The notes under the pieces were generated by a model. That model worked only from the letters and a program-made list of their open reading frames with translations. It searched no databases and was not told the DNA's origin. Below, piece by piece: positions 41,803-62,684 of a stretch of DNA of 64,000 nt (its first letter is position 1; each line of letters begins with the position of its first letter). The position numbers and the translations under genes were made by a program. Origin of the DNA: Flaccisagitta enflata (Eukaryota); the NCBI GenBank assembly GCA_965153355.1, contig OZ231126.1, forward strand, positions 6,944,001 to 7,008,000, written 5' to 3'.

Positions 41803-42805
41803 CAGTGCGGCGCATAAAAAACAGGACAGTACATTTTCCTAAATTTCTCGGCTCAAAATTATAGCATCATATCTTTATCAGTGACCAATTTGAAGCTCTT
41901 CCAAAGATGAAGCCTTTGCCGCAAACCGCGTTTCAATTGGTCGATTTGTTTGGACGCAGTGTTGCTCTGAAGAAGAGCTATAAAAAATGGAATGGGAAAA
42001 AACTAACTATGGCAAAAAACAAAAAGCGAACCACTTGTTTGTCAGTGTTTCACATCCATGCAATGAGAAAAACATAGCAAAATCTATGACCATTTTGAAG
42101 CTCTGCGAAAGATCTTTCAAATGAGACCTTTTTGGATGCCCTAACTCTAACCGTTTAGAAATGGCATTAGGATGAAGACAGGTTGTCAGAAACTTGGAAA
42201 TTTACTACGTAATCTTAAGGGGTTATCGTTATATTAACATGAAAATTAAACGCATTGAGTTAGATATTTGTTCTTGGCGCCATTTAAAGAAAATTCGAAG
42301 CTCTTTGATTTGCCCATGGATATTGAGTATCAAAGACAATCCAAAGCGTCATCATTGACAAAAACAGAAACACTAAAATTGCTTGTTGGAAAAATTTGAA
42401 ATGAGCACTTTTTGAATCAATGATTTTTTTCTTCTAACCTAGGCCATTTCTAAACAAATAAAGCTACAATGACCAGCAACGTCGCATTTGAAAGAATTTT
42501 TGCAGGGCTTTCAAACGGTCATGAATTTTTTGTGTCTCAGGCCAATAGTTAAGCAGAAACGAGCATTACAAAGTGTCCTTTGCCATAGTTACTTTTACAG
42601 TTTGGTGCCGCCTCATCATCAACGACCTCGCCAATTTATTAGCCTCGATGCCACATTCTATGGAGCTTGTCATTCAAGCCGAAGGTGGATCCATCAACTG
42701 CAAGCACATGAGCGATGTATTCATCCATATTTGGTTTGAATAATCCAATTTTGCACAATAAAATGCTATTGATACAAACTGTCCTGTTTTTATTGCGGCG
42801 CACCG
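41803..42805. mobile_element. About 1 kb Tc1/mariner-type MITE inserted in the right TIR of the 39338-42820 element
   Basis: TA|CAGTGCGGCGCATAAAAAACAGGACAGT ... ACTGTCCTGTTTTTATTGCGGCGCACCG|TA. Confidence 0.85.
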
Positions 42806-44254
42806 TAATTGAAGGCCCTGTATATGGAATTATATAGTTCACACTTGTTTACCAAAGATAGCCACCGGTAGTGGGATTGATTTGTCTGCATTATTTTTTT
42901 GTCAACCAAAGCCTAAATATTCCTGTAAGTATCTGGAATTTTTTTCAAAGGAACAAAATCGGATATGTAATTGAATGCTGTTTACCTTATCGATTTTCTC
43001 CTTGCGGCTCATTGCGGCCTGCCTGTCAAAGGTTGAATTCTAATATGCAAATTAGTCTAATCAGCTAATTTGCATAAGCATATGCATCTTAATGACTTCC
43101 AAATTTCATGAAATTTCAGGTAATGTTGGTAGATGTTACTTGGAAGCTACGGTCTGAATTTTAATCCAAATTTCGCATTTCTAGCGGGGGAAAACGATGA
43201 TTTTACTGAAAACAAAAATAAAAAGGCCAATAAACATTAAATTTAGTGCATTTTACCCTATTTGCTAACATCCCTTTGAGAAAAAATCGCTTGATAACAT
43301 CCTACAAGATGCATACGAGCACACCCCAACTAAAAAAATGGTAAAAAATATTTTTTTAATTTTTGACTACTCCAAACTACCAAAGAGAAAAATAAGATCA
43401 AGTTATAACCAGATTTGAATTATGATAGAATGTTGACATGATTCTCATTTTCTGCCTTTCGATTTCCAGAGCAACCTAATTTACCATCGCCGTCAAATTG
43501 ACATGTTGTAAAACTTCGCTTATTACCATCTGCATTACTGCACGTGGCTTTTTACTTTTTCACGATCTTACAAAGACGAAATATCTAAGGAGAAATAAAC
43601 TGTAAGTTTCATTACCAATGAATTGTTGATGTATCAAGTTTCATATTTATGATATTAGGATTCATACATACGCTGGAATATAATAGAATGCCTCTAATGT
43701 CATGAAAATATTTTCGTGCAAATATCGTATTTTTTCACACAATCATGTTTAGCACGATAGAAACAAGAGAACGTCTTGTAGACATCAAGTAGCAAAGCCA
43801 GACAGAGGGCGAACTAATAAAAATGGCAGAAAAGCTTGAGTAAGGAAATCATAGGGATAATGCGTGCATCTGCGTGTAAAATTCTGGAAACGTTTTTCAC
43901 ACTTCTCGTATGCAGTGACCGAGAGTGTGTTACAGATTTGTTACACTTGCAAAAGTAAGCATAATCAAAGATTTTGCGGTAGATTGCGTTGTAAGCAATT
44001 CGAAGTTGTCTTTTGTCATTTCTTTCACGAGCAATTGAACATCAATCACTTCGATACCTTGACTCGTCTTTGTGGAATCAAGACAGCTTAAGAATACTAA
44101 ATACTTTGCAAAGTCACATGGAAGTTTCGAATTAATTTGGTGATTAGTTCGTGAAGTAACCACCGATGAAAAGACTAGATTTTGACTACCACGTTCTTGG
44201 AAAGCATACAATGCTAGCAGCAAGGTCCTCAGTCGTTTTGAGTTGTGTGCTTGT

Positions 44255-44341
<87 letters not shown>

Positions 44342-44672
44342 TGGTTGTGTTTGTGTGTGCGTGTGCGTGTGTGTGTGTTTGTGAGTGTCTGTGTTTATGC
44401 GTGCGTGCGTGTTTTGTGTAGTTTTTTGTGTGTTCTTTTGTCAAACGACTGAAAAGCCACTAGGAATTTATCATTAATTCCTCCCCTTAGAGATATCTGA
44501 GAATAACCGGGCTATTAAAAATCCCGGGAGGAATTTTTTCGTCACGAATATTCCGAGGTTTTGACGTTTATGCATGGAAAAAGCCTGAGAAAACCTCGGA
44601 CTGCCCGTCAACTGCTTCTTATCGGGATTTGAACGGTAAGATTATGAGGCTTCATCTATAATTCTTTTGGCT

Positions 44673-44742
<70 letters not shown>

Positions 44743-46627
44743 ATGCTGTATCTCTCCGTTCATGCCGTACATCTTTTATGCACGGGCAGAAAATGGTTAA
44801 ACTGTGCTGTTTTCATATCCGTAAAAAGCGGATTTCCGTTGCTCTTAGGTCTGATATAGCGAGGTGTGACTGTATTTCATTATAATTCCCGAGGTACACT
44901 TGCTCACGTGAATCAGGTCTTGGATTGAGAAATGATTTCAGACAGGACAGATGGCAGCAGCTCACGTCTGTGGGATTTTCCCCCTCACGATGAACCACCG
45001 CCAAAATTCAACAAAAAACCGGTAAACATATCCATCGCATAGTCAACTTCGCTCACTTGGCTCAACACAATTATCCTCACGTGGCTCACTCGGCTCAATG
45101 ATGCAACTCTCCTCGCGCGGCTCACTAGACTTGATGCAACTCTCCTCGCTCGACTCACCTGAGTCACATGACTCAGCGCATCTCTTCCCGGACCCCACTT
45201 ATCTCACTTGGCTCAATGCAACTCTCCTAAGTTGACTCAACGCCTCTCTCCTCACCTCACTCGGCTCACATTTAGGATCTTTGCATTCAAGTGGGATGCT
45301 CATATGTACGCGGCTGATCAATGTGCGTGCTCGTGCGCGTGTGCTTGTGTGTGCGCGTGCGCGTGTGCGTGTGCGCGTGTGCGCGTGTGCGCGTGCGTGT
45401 GCGCGTGTGCTTGCGTGGGTGTAGGAGACGCCACATCCACATTGTCCATGGACGTGATGAAAGTCGGTCTTGAAAATCAAGTCGGTCTTGAAAAAGGAGT
45501 GATTCTAGGTTGAAAAATTAAAAATTGCCTTGAAAGACAGCTTAAAAGTCGCAAAAGCATTAGATGGTCAGCGGTACCCGTGCCCTGCCTTAGTAGGTTG
45601 TGGTTGAAGTTGAGGCAGGGAGCAGGGCAGCCACCTATGCTTTCACTGGGGAATTTTTCTCCTCCCTCTCCTCCTCCGTTCCTCCCCACCTCCAGGCCTC
45701 TATATCAGCCTCAGCCATATCCCAGCCTCGAGGCCCAAATCCCAGTCTTGAGGCCCTAATCCCTTGAGGCTGGAATTCGGGCCTCAAAGACAGGATTTTG
45801 GCTGTAAGATGGGATTTGGGCCTTGAGGCTGGGATTTGGACCATAAGACTGGGATTTGGGCCTCAAGACTGGGATATGGGCTTCTAGGCTGAGATATGGG
45901 CCTGGAGGTGGGGGGAGGGTACGGAGAAGGAGGAGGAGAAGGAGAAATTCCCTGTGTGAAAAGTCATCAGGTCTTCAGCTGATCACTCTAAGCAGGGCAT
46001 CGGGTACCGCTGACCATGTGCGATCCTTGGATGTCTTCTTAAGCTGTCTTTCAAGGCAATTTTTAATTTTTCAACCTAGAATCACTCCTTTTTCAAGACC
46101 GACTTGATTTTCACGACCGACTTTCATCACGTCCATGGACAATGTGGATGTGGCGTCTCCTACACCCATGAGCACCCGCTGAGTTTGTTTGAGAAATAAC
46201 AAAAAAACCTTTCTAGAAGGAATGTTTTCATTCCTGAATGATGCAAAAAATGAAAAAAGATGAATCTTTTTTAAAGATTTCACATTTCACGTAAGTCGGT
46301 CTTGAACCTAACTCGGTCTTGAAATGCAAGATAGACGTGGCAAATTTGAGATCTCTCCTTCATCCATGCGTGTGCTTGCGTGTGTGTGCGATCATCATTT
46401 TAACTTTTCAGAGTGTAACGATTTTGGAGATAACGTTGTCTTTATTCGTGGCAGCTATTCTTAAATACGTCATGGAAAATAGCTTTTTGAGGTAAATTGA
46501 CCAAAATTAGGTCATTCCATCTGTCCGCTGGTTCTTCTGTCCCTAGATATGCCTCTTTACGCAGCATCTTTCCATCTCTGCGTCACTGCCCCTGCCCAAC
46601 ACCATGCTAACAATCTGCCCTAAAGCA

Positions 46628-46890
46628 CGCGGCCGATCCGCTGCGCATAACTACCCCTGCCCACGTGGTCGATCCGCCGCGCATAACTACCCCTGCCCTC
46701 GCGGTCGATCCGCTACGCATAACTACCCCTGCCCTCGCGTTTGATCCGCTGCGCATAACTACCCCTGCCCTCGCGTTCGATCCGCTGCGCATAACTACCC
46801 CTGCCCTCGCGGCCGATCCGCTGCGCATAACTACCCCTGCCCACGCAGTCCATCTGCTGCGCATAACTACCCCTGCCCTCGCGGCCGATC
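46628..46890. repeat. 36-bp GC-rich minisatellite, about 7 units (duplicated at about 57562-57824)
   Basis: Head-to-tail unit GATCCGCTGCGCATAACTACCCCTGCCCTCGCGGCC. Confidence 0.9.
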
Positions 46891-47421
46891 TTTGTCCGTT
46901 CGTCCTTCAGTCCATTAGTTGGTCGCGTCATTGCGTTCGTTGGTCCGACTCTCTCAAGTTAGAAACTGTGAAAATGCCTCTGCCTCTGCCCATGCGTCCG
47001 CGACGATTTTGTACTCCCCACCCCCACCCCCCCACCGCCAAAAAAAGATAAGAAGAAAAACGCTTTGGCTTTTTAGTTGCGGACACGCAACTCTATAAGA
47101 AGCTTTGTCCGTCTGTCCGTCGGTCCATTGGTCCGTCCGTCCGTCGGTCGGTCCTTCACGCTCAATTTGAAATCGCGAAAAACGCGCATTCATGAGATTT
47201 CAGGTGTTATTGTATGTGTGTGGGAGTGTGAGTGAGTCGCAGGAGGGGTTAGGGTGGGGTTGAGGTGAGGCTGGGGGTTGGATGCCCCTACCCACCCGTC
47301 CGCAACGATATTGTGACCCCGTCACTTGTTTGCCTTTGCCACTATGGAAATGATGGTCAGTATTTCCGCTCGTTGATCCTTCTAGACTTTGTTTGAGAAA
47401 AGGTCTGTCCAACTACACTCT

Positions 47422-47493
<72 letters not shown>

Positions 47494-47532
47494 GACAGTG
47501 CTGTCTATTCAATTTACATATCTTCTCTCACA

Positions 47533-47563
<31 letters not shown>

Positions 47564-47899
47564 AACACACGCTTTCACAGGAGAATCCCGTTCATTATTG
47601 GACTTATTTTATGTACAGCAATATTTGAGGGATGCACTCACTTATTGGAAAAGTCCAGCTTTACAAACGTAAGCTTAAATTTTGTGAAAAAAGCCAGTTA
47701 TGTCTGTAAGAATGCATCTCTACCCGTCGGTCTGTCCGGCTTTCCGTCCGTCAGTCTGTTTGTCGGTCACGCATTAAGTCAACGATGCTTTCGCCGCAAA
47801 TACTGACCTTTTTCTTCTCAGGGGGGGAGGTTGGTGGCAGCTACTTACATTCCTAATCCTGGTCAGTTCACCCGTCACCTGAATTACGATTGTCTCAAA

Positions 47900-49680
47900 A
47901 GCATCAGGGGAAGGGGATGAAGTCCTCTAGAACACAGGGGGACTTTTGTTCGTCCATCCATCCGTTTGTCCATCCATGAGGCCTGAGAGGGGTGTGGGGG
48001 CGGATTTAAAAGCCTGAGAAGGCAGATTTGAAGCTGAAGAAGATTTTTTTTGAGAGGGCTGATTTGAGCCTGAGGAGGCCAATGTGAAACCTGAGGCCTA
48101 TATTTGAGACCTGAGGGGCCTTATTAGGGACCAGATTTGAGACCTGGAAGGCCCGATTGAGGCCTGAAAGGGCAAGGGGGATTTGAAGTCTAAGATGCCT
48201 GATTTGAGGCCTAACAGGTCGCCCACGGGCAATATATGGTCAGCAATACTCTTTGCCCTGCTTTGAGTGATTATGAGTTGGAGTTAGGGGAAGCAGGGCA
48301 GCGGGCCTTAAAGGGACGAAGTCCTGTGGAACACAGGGACTTCTGTTTGTCCTGTCTTTGTGGATGAGAGATGTTGCATAGAGGTTGACCAGGTCTCAAG
48401 AGCTTAAATTGAGATCTAAGAAAGCTGATGTAAGGCCTGAGAATGCCACTGGAAGCCAGAGGACTGATTTAAAGCCTGGGACCCATATATTGAGGTTTAC
48501 ATGGCTGATTTGAGGCCTGTGAGGCCTAATTTGAGTTCTGAAAGGCCAGGTTTGAGGCCTGAGAGTCCGGATTTGAGGCCTGAGAGGCCTGGATTGAGGC
48601 CTGAGAGGCTGGATTTGAGGCCAGAAGAGTTGGAGATCTCAGCCTGAGAGGCTGGATTTTCAGGCCTGTTGAGAGGTTGATTTGAGGCCTGAGAGGCCAG
48701 ATTTTAGGCCTGAGAGGGTTAATTTTAGGCCTGAGAGGTTAGATTTTAGGCCAGAGGGGCCTGATAAGGGGGGGGATGAACGAACTAACTAACAAAGTAA
48801 CTAACGAAAGGAGGAATGAATGAAAGTCCCCCTGTGTTCTACAGGACTTCGTCCCCTTCGGGACCACTGCCTAAAAGGCCTGATTTCACGCTTGGGAAGC
48901 TTGATTTGAGGTCTGAGAGGCCTGATAATATGAGGCTTTGGAGGCGTGATTGGAGGTCTGAGAGGTCTGGTTTGAGGCCTAAGAGGTCTGATGGGGGGAC
49001 TAACAAATGAATGGACTAACAGGTAAACAATAGTCCCCGTTCAGGGCCGCTACGCAAAAAGTCATCCAAGGTCAGCGCCCTGCTCGGAGTGATCAAGTGA
49101 AGTAGAGGAGCAGGGCAGCAACTCCAGAGAGTGGATGTCTTGTGGGACACAGGGGTGAATTTTCAGTTGTCCAGAGGGGGAATACATCATGCCTGAGGAA
49201 ACTGATTGAGGTTATTGAAGGCAGATCAGAGGTCTGAAGGGTAGATTCAGGCCTGAATAGCAGATTTGAGGTCTGGAGGGCAGATTTCAGGCCTGAAGTG
49301 CGGATTTAAAGTCTGTAGGCAGGCTTGAGGCCTTGATGCCAGATTTGAGGCCTGGAGAGCTGATTTCAGGTCTGGAGGGTTGATTTCAGGTCTTGTGGGC
49401 TACATTGAGGCCTAAATTGAGGCCTGGAAGGGCTAGTTTGAGGCCTAAGATTGCTGATATGGGGCCCAGATGGCCAATGGGGGGGGAAATGGATGGAAGA
49501 ATGAATGGAAGGACAGACAGATGGACGGATGTCTGGAAATTCACCCCAGGGTCCTTCAGGATATTTGCCCTTTGGGGCCGCTGCCCAAAAATGAGGAGAA
49601 TAAATTTCCCGGTACGTGAAAGCATAGGTCATTTCCATAGTTGTCTCCTTCAGGGCCGCTGCCCAAGAACGATAAGCAGG
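47900..49680. repeat. Cluster of interspersed elements with 21-bp GATTTGAGGCCTGAGAGGC-type internal arrays
   Basis: Recurrent end motif GGGCAGCGGCCCC...GGGGAC.AAGTCCTGTAGAACACAGGGGGACT plus ~21-bp tandem units; also at about 31785-32070 and 59320-61090. Confidence 0.7.
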
Positions 49681-50869
49681 CCTATTCTTGGTCATTTCTC
49701 TAAGCGGGACAACCGGGCCCGCCTCTCCAAATTTCAGTATGCTTGACACAGAAACTGCGAGCCCAGTAAAATATTTTTTGATTTCTTTCTTTTTTATAGG
49801 ATTGCCATCAGCTCTTTTCTTTGTTCTTTGAAAGTAGCACGAGACAGAATATTCAGAATGTTGTTTTAGTATCATTCTGTTTCACAAATCGACTTACTGA
49901 TCACAGTGATTTGGAAGAAAACAAGGCCGGATACACGGCTACCAAAGTCGCGTGCAGGTGAGCAGGGGCAGTGATGGAACATGCCTACTATAGCATTTAG
50001 GCAGGAAGCATTTAGGCAGGAGCAGTAATGCAAGAGACGCCCGAAAACGCTAAAAAAACAAACAATGAATGACCGACCGACCGATGGACCAACCGACCGA
50101 CTGACCATCATAGTGGGTTGCAGAGTCGCAAGCACGCGACTAGAAATTTAATGCAAAGTAGACAGCTAAATGAGAGCGGGCCAACCGGGCCCCAGGCAGC
50201 AAAAATAGCGGACCAGACAGCCAAATTGGGGGCCTCGGGCCCGCGGGCCCGCTCTAAAGTCATTTTTGATGGTGATATGGAGTCAGATCTTAAAACTTTC
50301 TTGTTTTTTATGGTTGCGGCAGACACACCCCGGCCTATTTATCGTCGTGCTGTACACTCCAATTTTGTTCTATTCTGCCAATCTGGGGCCCAAAGTTTAT
50401 GCTACATTTACCAACTGTCGCGTTTCTTTCCTCCAAGATGGTACAGCAAGTATAATTTTTTCAGTTTCTAAAAAGTTTGATAGTGTCATTAACACTGTTT
50501 TTGACTTTTGACATAAAAGGATATTTTACAAATATTGAATCGTAGCACGTCAATAGTTAAATAGAAAATTTTTAGAGTGGGAGGCTGGGAGCAGCAGAAT
50601 ACTGGGTCATCAGCCTGAGGTGCCGGGTTCCGTTTAGCTTTTACTCTGAGATTGATGATTGAAATTTTCATAAGAAAACACAATGATACATTGAACAATA
50701 CAATGTAAGCAACAGCTGCATTAATAATTCGGAGATTACTAGATTCCATAAATGCTTGGATAAAAGCGTATTGGTCTAGTACACGTCATTGTAAAGATAA
50801 TGCAACGGAATGATAAAAAATAAATTAAGGCATGAACATGTAAGCTATAATTTTGAGTAATGTTAATTA

Positions 50870-52800
50870 TCGTTGAATAGCCAATGGATGAGGCGATGAC
50901 CAAGATGGTTCATTTCTCGCCGAAAAAATGCTGAATGATGCAAGAAGTGACGCCTTTGAACAGAACGCTATAAGTTTCTGCATCTCACCATTTCCAACGT
51001 CACAAACCTTTGATTCGTGACTTGTTTTCTTTGCTAACAAAACCTTGTGCCGAGATTTCGATCGAGAATTGATAGACGCGATAGTCGCGCTCGAGATCGG
51101 CAACCAACGGGGCATATTTCCGCTCTTTATACTCGTGATCCTTCTCAAAGTTTCTTTCCCAAGGGCACGTCAACTCTAACAGCGCAATAACACAGCTGTT
51201 TTCATCATAAACAAAGATGTCAGGACGCAGGGATGTGGATAAAACATGGGGGGAATTACACCACTATGAGGGGCTTGAAAACCATGTAGGTCAGAATAGA
51301 GACTAAAGCCATTGCTTAAACGTGACGATGAAAATGAAACAATAGTCTTAAGAACCGAATCATGGCGCCAGGTAAAACGCCCTTGCTCTAAAGCACATGA
51401 ACAGTTTGAGAGGATGTGTGCCAGCGTTTGGATATTACCACAAAATCCACATCTATCACTGACGCGTTTTCCCCAGCGCTTCAAATTATCAGCTGAGGGC
51501 ATTTATGGCAAACTTCAAAACACCCACATAAAACTCTTCCAAGTTATACAACTCTGCTCTTCCATGTGCAACGCCAGATAATCACCTTGCATTATATACT
51601 GCCCCACACGTTATCTCCAAAAATCACTCACCCTCTGCTTTAAACCCCTCTGAATTTTCCCTTTGAGAACATTTCTGGAGGCCGAGCCACACTTGGCAGA
51701 ACATCCTCATTCGGATCAGAAATTGAACTCCCAAATGAATCATTCAGAGTTTCTATATTGGTTAAAGGGACCTGTGCCTCCACTGTGGGAGGTGCGACTT
51801 CCTCTAATAAGCCCTTTGTGTAAGTCGCAGAAGAGAACTTGCGAGACCATCTGCCTTCTCTATCTTCCTTGACGTCCAGAGCGTGGCGCACGTCCTCGTC
51901 ACCAAAGCACCTAATGGACGACAATGAAAGAGATCGGGATTCAAGATATAAATGGCGTATAAATTTTATACCAAGACCGTGGGGATCATGAACCAGGGCC
52001 CAAGTCCCCCCTTTTGGAATCCCAAGCCATTTTTTCAGATATGAATGGGTAAGCGATTCGAGCGACTCAATTTGGGACAAGCACAAATCATGAATGGAAA
52101 AATGAATCCAAGTGCTTTAAATGCCCATTTAGAATGCCATCGTCTCCAGGAGAGCTGCTGGCCTTCTTCCTGGACAATACTGATCTAATATCCCTCGGAC
52201 GAACCGGCCCCATATCAAACTCCTTCTCCGGCACTGGGATATTTGGAAACCAACTAACCGCTTCCTGAGAGAGCGAGACGGGAGTTGAGTATCGGTATCT
52301 GAACCATTCATTTGCAAAATCACGATTAGACGTGGTCTTTTCGCTATCCTTGTTCAACAAACCGTTTACTGCTTTCTTAGAAAAAGCCCAAAAATCTTTT
52401 AAATAACTCTTCTCCTGCCCTCTTGTGTCTTTCTCACGCATCCTTTTTTCCCGCTCATTTCTAATAAAACTCTATAATTTTACCGCTTGGTAGAACTGAG
52501 CCCTGAGACCCTGATCCACCCTTCGGTTTCTTCCAAACACTAAGCGCTGCAACCGTTTCTTTTCAAGCTTGGCGCGAGTAAAAGCCTCATCAGAAATGTC
52601 GGGTACACCACCACCCCTCCCCCTCCCCCCAGCCTCACCTTGGCTCTTGAAAACGTCATGATCATTCAAATACCCCGCAACCGTTGAAGAGAAACGGCGC
52701 GCAGCTTCTGAAGGCGAGATGACGTCAGAGGAAAGGTCGGAGTGAAGAGGACTCAGTCGCGCTTTAAGCGCAGAATCATGATTGGTTGTATTGCGCATTT
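50870..52800 (-). mobile_element. Degenerate non-LTR retrotransposon with restriction-like endonuclease (HERO/NeSL/R4-like), RT core deleted
   Basis: Frameshifted fragments: KKASSSPGDDGI (pre-RT), YLKKWLGIP...HGLGI (post-RT), PSADNLKRWG, CGFC...TLAHILSNC (CCHC knuckle), RFTWRHDSVL, and RPDIFV...LLELTCPWE...KERKY (RLE). Confidence 0.85.
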
Positions 52801-53087
52801 CAACTTGATTTTTAGGTGCGCCATAGTATATCTATAAGAGGCTCTGTCTGTTAGTCACGGAGTCGTCAGATTTGTTCAGTCTGCTGGCAGTGAGTTAAAA
52901 AGTCTGTTAAAGGAGTAAGAAATATAGTTAAACAGATTCAAAAATATACTGGATGATTTAGTACACCTGCCTCCCCTACAAACAACTCTCCAGTCAATCC
53001 AATCTGATGTCGGTCACGCTCGAATGAAAAATCGCTAAAAATGTTTGAAATCAATAGAAAACCCATTTCGTTCATCATAAATGATAG

Positions 53088-53822
53088 CATATGTATCATA
53101 TATATATCATATATATATCATATAGATATCATTTATATTACCATACACATCATCATATACATATCCTCATATATATCATATCATGTATATCATATATCAT
53201 ATCATATATATCATATATCATATCACATATCATATCACATATCATATCACATATCATATCATATATCATATCATATATCATATCATATATCATATCTCAT
53301 ATCTCATATCTCATATATCATATATCATATATCACATATCATATATCATATATCATATATCATATATCATATATCATATATCATATCATATCATATATCA
53401 TATCATATATTATATCATATGTATCATATGTATCATACATATCATATATCCTGTCATATATCCTGTCATATATCATATCATATCATATATCATATCATAT
53501 GTCATATCATATATCCTATCATTATCATATCATATATCATATCGTATATCATATCATATGTCATATGTATATCCTATCACTATATCATCATATCATATAT
53601 CATATCATATATCATATCATATATCATATCATATATGATATATCATATCATATATCATATATCATATATCATATATCATATCATATATCATATCATATGT
53701 CATATCATATATCATATCATATATCATATCATATATCATATCATATCATATGTCATATCATAAAATACATCATGTCATAAATATCATATATATCATACAT
53801 ATCATATATATCATATATATCA
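53088..53822. repeat. (ATATC/ATATATC)n degenerate simple-repeat array
   Basis: Directly visible; lies downstream of a DINE-like 5' end at about 52808. Confidence 0.95.
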
Positions 53823-55287
53823 TGAATGTTACTGATATAATCAGCTACGGTTAGGTCTTATAGAGCTGGGGATAGGTCAGATAGGTCTGGTGATAGGGTC
53901 GGATAGGTTTTAGGATAGGTCTGATAGAGCTGGTGATAGGTCTGATAGAGCTCGGGAAAGGTCTGCATCTCAGTCGAATGGTGATTGATTTCCTGGCCCA
54001 GGATCAAAACAAACCCGGTTGCTAATATGTGTTACCGTCATTAAGTGAATTAATCATTTAAATCTGAATGATCAGGTTAATCTAGTAAGAATCATCCTCC
54101 TACATATCATACACGCCCAATACCAGTTGCGGACGGGTGGGCAGAGGCGGAAATGTGCGTTTTCACACTTTTTGACTCGTGTTCGCGGACGGACCGACTG
54201 ACTGACGGACGGGCAAAGGCTCTTATAGAGTTGCATGTCCGCAACTAAAAACATAGCTTATGATTTCATGAGTGCTCATGCGTGCTCAAGCGTGAAATAC
54301 ACCGAATCTGAGAATGAAACGTGATCGTGACTTTTTTCTTGGAAATCGTCGTGACCTTTTTTACCCAGACTTTGAAAGCTGATATCTCTAGAACGGATCG
54401 ACCGATTGACTTGATTTTTGTCATGGTAACATCATATCACCATGTCTACTGATGTGTGAAGTTTAAGGAAATTTCAGATAGCGCGACTACCCGAACCAGC
54501 CTACCTACCCAAAAATTTCAAATTAGCGTAGCTAAAAAAATATGCTATAAAATTTTCTGAAATTTCGCATGAACAACCATCCAACCCCTGAATAAATCCT
54601 GGGTAAGTTGAACAGCGATCAGGTAATTACTTTGGCCGTAATCACATAAAAAAGATTGAAGGACGAACTGATATCAAAGGATAGCCGCTTTCGTGGGGAA
54701 ATATCAAGCTCCTTAACATAGTCTTTCCAGTTCTATGAAGTTTAGATAAAATAGCTTGGAGCTAGCGATTGACTTTCGTTCCACTCCTCTATCTTGGCAA
54801 AAATAAAAAAAAGTTTTTTAAATTAGCTCGGTCGATTCCCCTTCTCCGATCAGTTCATAGTAAACGACTTTAGAAGCCTGTGCTTTTTTTACAGCGATTT
54901 CCCTGTTATGCGATAGATTTCGGGAGAGGCCTGATAGAGCTCGGTATGGGTCTTATAGAGCTAGGAATGGTCTGATAGAGCTAGGGATAGGTCTGATGGA
55001 GCTAGGGATAGCTATGTATTAATAATGGCCGGCTTGAGATAGGTCTGATAGAGCTAGGGATGGTCCTGATAGAGCTAGGGATAGGTCTGATGGAGCTAGG
55101 GATAGCTATGAATAAATAACGCTCGACACTGTCTTAGCCCATGTATCCGGCCTTGTTTTTTATCTGGATCTCCGAGAGGCATTGGTCTTGATCTTGTAGG
55201 GTGAGATTCGGGTCTCAGAGGATATTGGTATTGGAGGGTACCAAGGAGGTTATGATCAGGGGCACAGAGATCAAAATTTAGATCTTG

Positions 55288-61785
<6,498 letters not shown>

Positions 61786-61876
61786 ATTTCATCTGGATCT
61801 ACGCAATTGGAGAAGATACACTTTGGTATGATGGATTGGTCGTTCAGTCTATAACACAACCATGATATCATAGATA

Positions 61877-62684
61877 CTATCTTGCTCAAATTATAAGAGT
61901 CCTCGTCATAAATATTAATCATTTATTCTTAAATAATGATTAGTAATTAAAACCTGTTCTTTTGCGATAAAAGTTCATTTTAGCATATTTTGGCAGTAAC
62001 TTTTGCTTGTATAGCAACTGTAATGGTCTCTTGTAACCCTACCATTAATTTGCGTGTGACATGTTTCACAACTTCTTTTTCTGTTTTTGCTTTTCGGATT
62101 TTAAGGCAAACGTTTCATTAATTTTGTTGTAAAATCTAAACAATTTGAGCAAATGAGCTCTGCTTGGTGGCAAATGAAAGCTCTTTCGAAGCTCTATACA
62201 TTGGTCATCAATTTTCCAGACCTTCTATGATTGATATGTACAGGATATACCCATACAAAAACGCTAGAATTATAAAAAACAAGGCCGGATACACGGCTAC
62301 CAAAGTCGCGTGCAGGTGGGCAGGGGCCATATTTGAGGTCACCAGACCATTTGGGCAGGAGCCGTGAGGTCAAAGTAATAAAATCATGAAAAAAAGTAAA
62401 GTGTGACCAACCAACCGACCAACCGACCGACCAACCGACCGACGGACAAAGCAGGTTGTAGAGTTGCGTGCACGCGACTAAAAAAATTTACCTCGCAGAT
62501 CAAAGTGAATCATTTCACTTTTCTGCTGTAAAATCTGAACAAATTGAGCTACAGATCTCTGCTTGGTGGCATTTGATCAAATTTTTGTAGGGCTTTCTAA
62601 CGATCACCAATTTTTGTATGTTTTGTATTATAATTTAGCCACAATTTAAGAAAACATGCCGGACTCTTATTTTGAGCAACATAG
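61877..62684 (+). mobile_element. TA-flanked MITE copy A (contains a DINE-like insert at 62278-62486)
   Basis: TIRs CTATCTTGCTCAAATTATAAGAGTCC / GGACTCTTATTTTGAGCAACATAG, with TA on both sides. Confidence 0.8.

Larger units (their letters stand above)
39338..42820. mobile_element. TA-flanked DNA transposon derivative with long TIRs (Tc1/mariner-like ends), hosting nested insertions
   Basis: TA|CAGGGTCTTCAATTACGGTTGA ... TCAACCGTA[insert]ATTGAAGGCCCTG|TA; inverted homology continues between about 39592-39665 and about 41670-41740. Confidence 0.8.
44380..50378 (+). repeat. Direct segmental duplication, copy 1
   Basis: Near-identical to 55288-61785; identical short ORFs appear twice in the ORF track. 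Confidence 0.95.

Noticed and set aside
46628-46890. 36-bp repeats as a CRISPR array or a repeat-protein ORF
   Set aside because: Units are head-to-tail without unique spacers; the ORFs arise from the 3n unit length and have no splice or domain support.
53041-53780. His/Ile/Tyr/Ser-rich ORFs in three frames
   Set aside because: Simple ATATC repeat lacking stop codons.
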